Shown: in pieces, positions 61,912 to 64,000 of the stretch
Layout: each line of letters starts with the position of its first letter
How positions within the stretch are numbered: position 1 is the first letter of the stretch
NCBI GenBank assembly: GCA_965224245.1
Contig: OZ245046.1
Location: forward strand, 5,792,001-5,856,000
Length of the DNA stretch: 64,000 nucleotides
Direction of reading: 5' to 3'
From: Candidatus Eiseniibacteriota bacterium
GTDB taxonomy: Bacteria; Eisenbacteria; RBG-16-71-46; CAZAMP01
Notes under the pieces: generated by a model
Seen by the model: the letters and a program-made list of their open reading frames with translations, nothing else
What the model was told of the DNA's origin: nothing
Databases searched by the model: none
Translations under genes and position numbers: made by a program

Positions 61912-62529
61912 ATGATCAACGCGCTTCACCCCCGACGCTCGTTCGTTCTCACGGTGCTCGCGATCGGTGTGCTGACCGCCACCGGTTGCCTCTTCTCGCC
62001 CGAGAAGAAGAGCGACCCCCCAACGGACCCGGGTGGAACCTACCTCGCGCCCACGTCCCCCGAGAACGTGCTGCACAACCTCGAGGAGGCCTACCGCAAC
62101 CGCGAGATTCAGCGCTACACGGCACTCATCGCGGACGACTACGTCTTCGAGGCCTCCGAGGCCGACCTCGAGGTGGACTTCGACTACCTGAACTACGATC
62201 AGGAGATCGAGACCCACGAGAACATGTTCCGCAACGTCGACAACATCACGATCACGCTCGATCACAACGGCGCCGTGCCGTCCGATCGCGCCGCGTACCC
62301 GCCGGAAGACGGCTACATGAAGATCCTCGTTCCGGCCGTTCGCATCGACGTGCTGTCGCGCATCGCGGACGAGACGTCCGGCGAGCTGATCACGTTCCGC
62401 GTCAACGGCGATCCCGCCGTGTTCATCTTCGAGCCCGACTTCACCAAGACGCCCACCGAGTACAAGGTCGTCTACCAGCAGGATCTGTTCACGGGCCGTC
62501 TCGCCGCAGACCACCTGGCCCAGCGCTGA
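61912..62529 (+). CDS. Lipoprotein, NTF2-like appearance
   Basis: GAGG RBS; LTATGC lipobox; SPENVLHNLEEAY...LIADDYVF. Confidence 0.72.
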   Translation: MINALHPRRSFVLTVLAIGVLTATGCLFSPEKKSDPPTDPGGTYLAPTSPENVLHNLEEAYRNREIQRYTALIADDYVFEASEADLEVDFDYLNYDQEIETHENMFRNVDNITITLDHNGAVPSDRAAYPPEDGYMKILVPAVRIDVLSRIADETSGELITFRVNGDPAVFIFEPDFTKTPTEYKVVYQQDLFTGRLAADHLAQR

Positions 62530-62576
62530 CGCGTGAGCGCGGCGCGCGAGCGCCCCGCACTCGAACGGTCGTGGAG

Positions 62577-62608
62577 ACGCCGCCCGGGCCCGGGCGGCGT
62601 TTTCGTTT
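62577..62608 (+). terminator. Intrinsic terminator
   Basis: ACGCCGCCCG-GGCC-CGGGCGGCGT followed by TTTCGTTT. Confidence 0.75.
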
Positions 62609-62709
62609 GCCTGCCGCGAGGTCCGCGCCTATACATGGCCACGCCGTCGCGAGGGCATGCCGCTCGCGATCGTCCCCACGCCACCCCCATCCCGAGAGGT
62701 CCCGGAGAC

Positions 62710-63897
62710 GTGTCGAGCCGGAAGTCCCGGAGAGACCGGAGCACGGTCCTGACGATCGTGGGCGCCGTCCTCGCGATGCTGCTCGTGGTGAGTGCCTGGA
62801 GCGTACGCGACATCCTGTTTCCCGAGCGCGTGGCCGTCGAGCTGGATCGCAGGCTCCGGCCGGGGCGCTTCGAGGAGCGCGTTCCATGGGTGCAGGGCCA
62901 GGTCGTCGAGGCCATGGCGGCCATAGAGGACGTGACCGCGAGCTGGGAGACCTCCGCCGAGGCCGGGGGCGAGTTCGGCGTGCGGCTGACCGCCACCGAC
63001 ACCACGCCGCTCGAGGAGGCGAACCGCCGGCTCCGGGAGGCACTCGTCGCCTTGGGGCTCGAGGTGCTCGACGCGGTCGAGCTGGAGCCGCTCGAGGATC
63101 ACCGCCGGCTCGAGATGTCGGTGGGGCTGGACGGCCGCCGGATCGCCTGGGCCCACGTCCGCGCCTACCGGCACGAGCCGGTCATACCCGGTCCCAAGGT
63201 CGCGCTCGTCATCGACGACCTGGGGCAGCAGCCGATGGATCTGGCGCGTTCGTTCATCGACGTGGACTTTCCGCTGGCGGTCACCGTCCTGCCGGACCTC
63301 CGCAACAGCGTGGCCATCGTGGAGGAGGCGCGGGCGCGGGGACGCGAGGTGCTCCTGCACCTCCCGATGGAGCCGCGAGGCTATCCGCGCGAGAACCCGG
63401 GCAAGGACGCGATTCTCGTCCACCTGTCCGACGGCGAGGTGAAGCGGCTCGTCCGCCGCGCGCTGGAGGCCGTGCCCGGCGTCGAGGGGATCTCCAACCA
63501 CATGGGATCCTTGGCCACCCAGGATCGGGCCACGATGACGGCCGTCCTGGACGTCGTGGCCGGCGAGAACCTCTACTTTCTCGATTCCCGAACGACCAGC
63601 CGATCGATCGTGCCCAAGATCGCCCGGGAGTCCGACACCCGCTGCGTCCAGAACGACATCTTCCTGGACAACGTCCGGGAGGCCGAGCCCATCCGGGAGC
63701 GCCTGGCCGAGACCGCCGAGCTGGCCCGAGCCACCGGGAGCGCGGTGGCGATCTTCCACCCGCACGCGGTCTGTCTGGAGGTCATCCCGCCCGAGGTGGA
63801 GCGGCTCCGGGACGAGGGCATCACGTTCGTGACGCTCCGGGATCTGGACCGCGACCGCTGGATCGGGGGGCGCCCCCCCGTCCAGACCGGACGTTGA
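62710..63897 (+). CDS. Divergent polysaccharide deacetylase (YibQ-like), membrane-anchored
   Basis: ALVIDDLG, LLHLPMEP, SNHMGS, FLDSRT and DIFLDN; one N-terminal TM. Confidence 0.9.
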   Translation: MSSRKSRRDRSTVLTIVGAVLAMLLVVSAWSVRDILFPERVAVELDRRLRPGRFEERVPWVQGQVVEAMAAIEDVTASWETSAEAGGEFGVRLTATDTTPLEEANRRLREALVALGLEVLDAVELEPLEDHRRLEMSVGLDGRRIAWAHVRAYRHEPVIPGPKVALVIDDLGQQPMDLARSFIDVDFPLAVTVLPDLRNSVAIVEEARARGREVLLHLPMEPRGYPRENPGKDAILVHLSDGEVKRLVRRALEAVPGVEGISNHMGSLATQDRATMTAVLDVVAGENLYFLDSRTTSRSIVPKIARESDTRCVQNDIFLDNVREAEPIRERLAETAELARATGSAVAIFHPHAVCLEVIPPEVERLRDEGITFVTLRDLDRDRWIGGRPPVQTGR

Positions 63898-63923
63898 CAC
63901 CCCAATCGGCCCGACCCTACAAT
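63894..63923 (+). promoter_or_regulatory. Sigma-70-like promoter for a transcript continuing beyond the window
   Basis: TTGACA-N18-TACAAT. Confidence 0.6.
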
Positions 63924-64000
63924 CTTCGCCTTGTTTCGCCCGGGCTGTGCCGTCTCCCGGTGCCCGCCCGAGCGTCGAGCCAGCCAGTGGCCGTATGCGC

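Overview
High-GC DNA from a diderm bacterium. Five secreted proteins end in a FlgD-Ig/T9SS-like C-terminal domain, which suggests (by inference) an FCB-superphylum lineage such as Eisenbacteria, Krumholzibacteriota or Latescibacterota. Most of the window is core chromosome: tyrA, dCMP deaminase, thiL, a tRNA(CAU)-tilS-hpt-ftsH-folP-cdaA operon, guaB, an M42 peptidase, a long GreA, thyA-folA, uvrA, lepB, pdaD and bshB1. These are interspersed with envelope and secreted genes: tandem M6/S8/M10 proteases, a TPR-CHAT protease overlapping a beta-propeller cargo gene, glycosyltransferases, AlkP-superfamily enzymes, and a beta-barrel followed by two lipoproteins. I saw no CRISPR array, transposase, integrase or phage genes. 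The best unexplained signal is a ~255-nt highly structured non-coding RNA candidate (49131-49385). It starts just behind a sigma-54-like promoter and ends in a U-tract terminator. Other leads are a degenerate Hpt active site, a prodomain-less matrixin coupled to a small secreted partner, and two further structured intergenic elements. All functional calls come from reading motifs by eye; no searches or folding programs were run.
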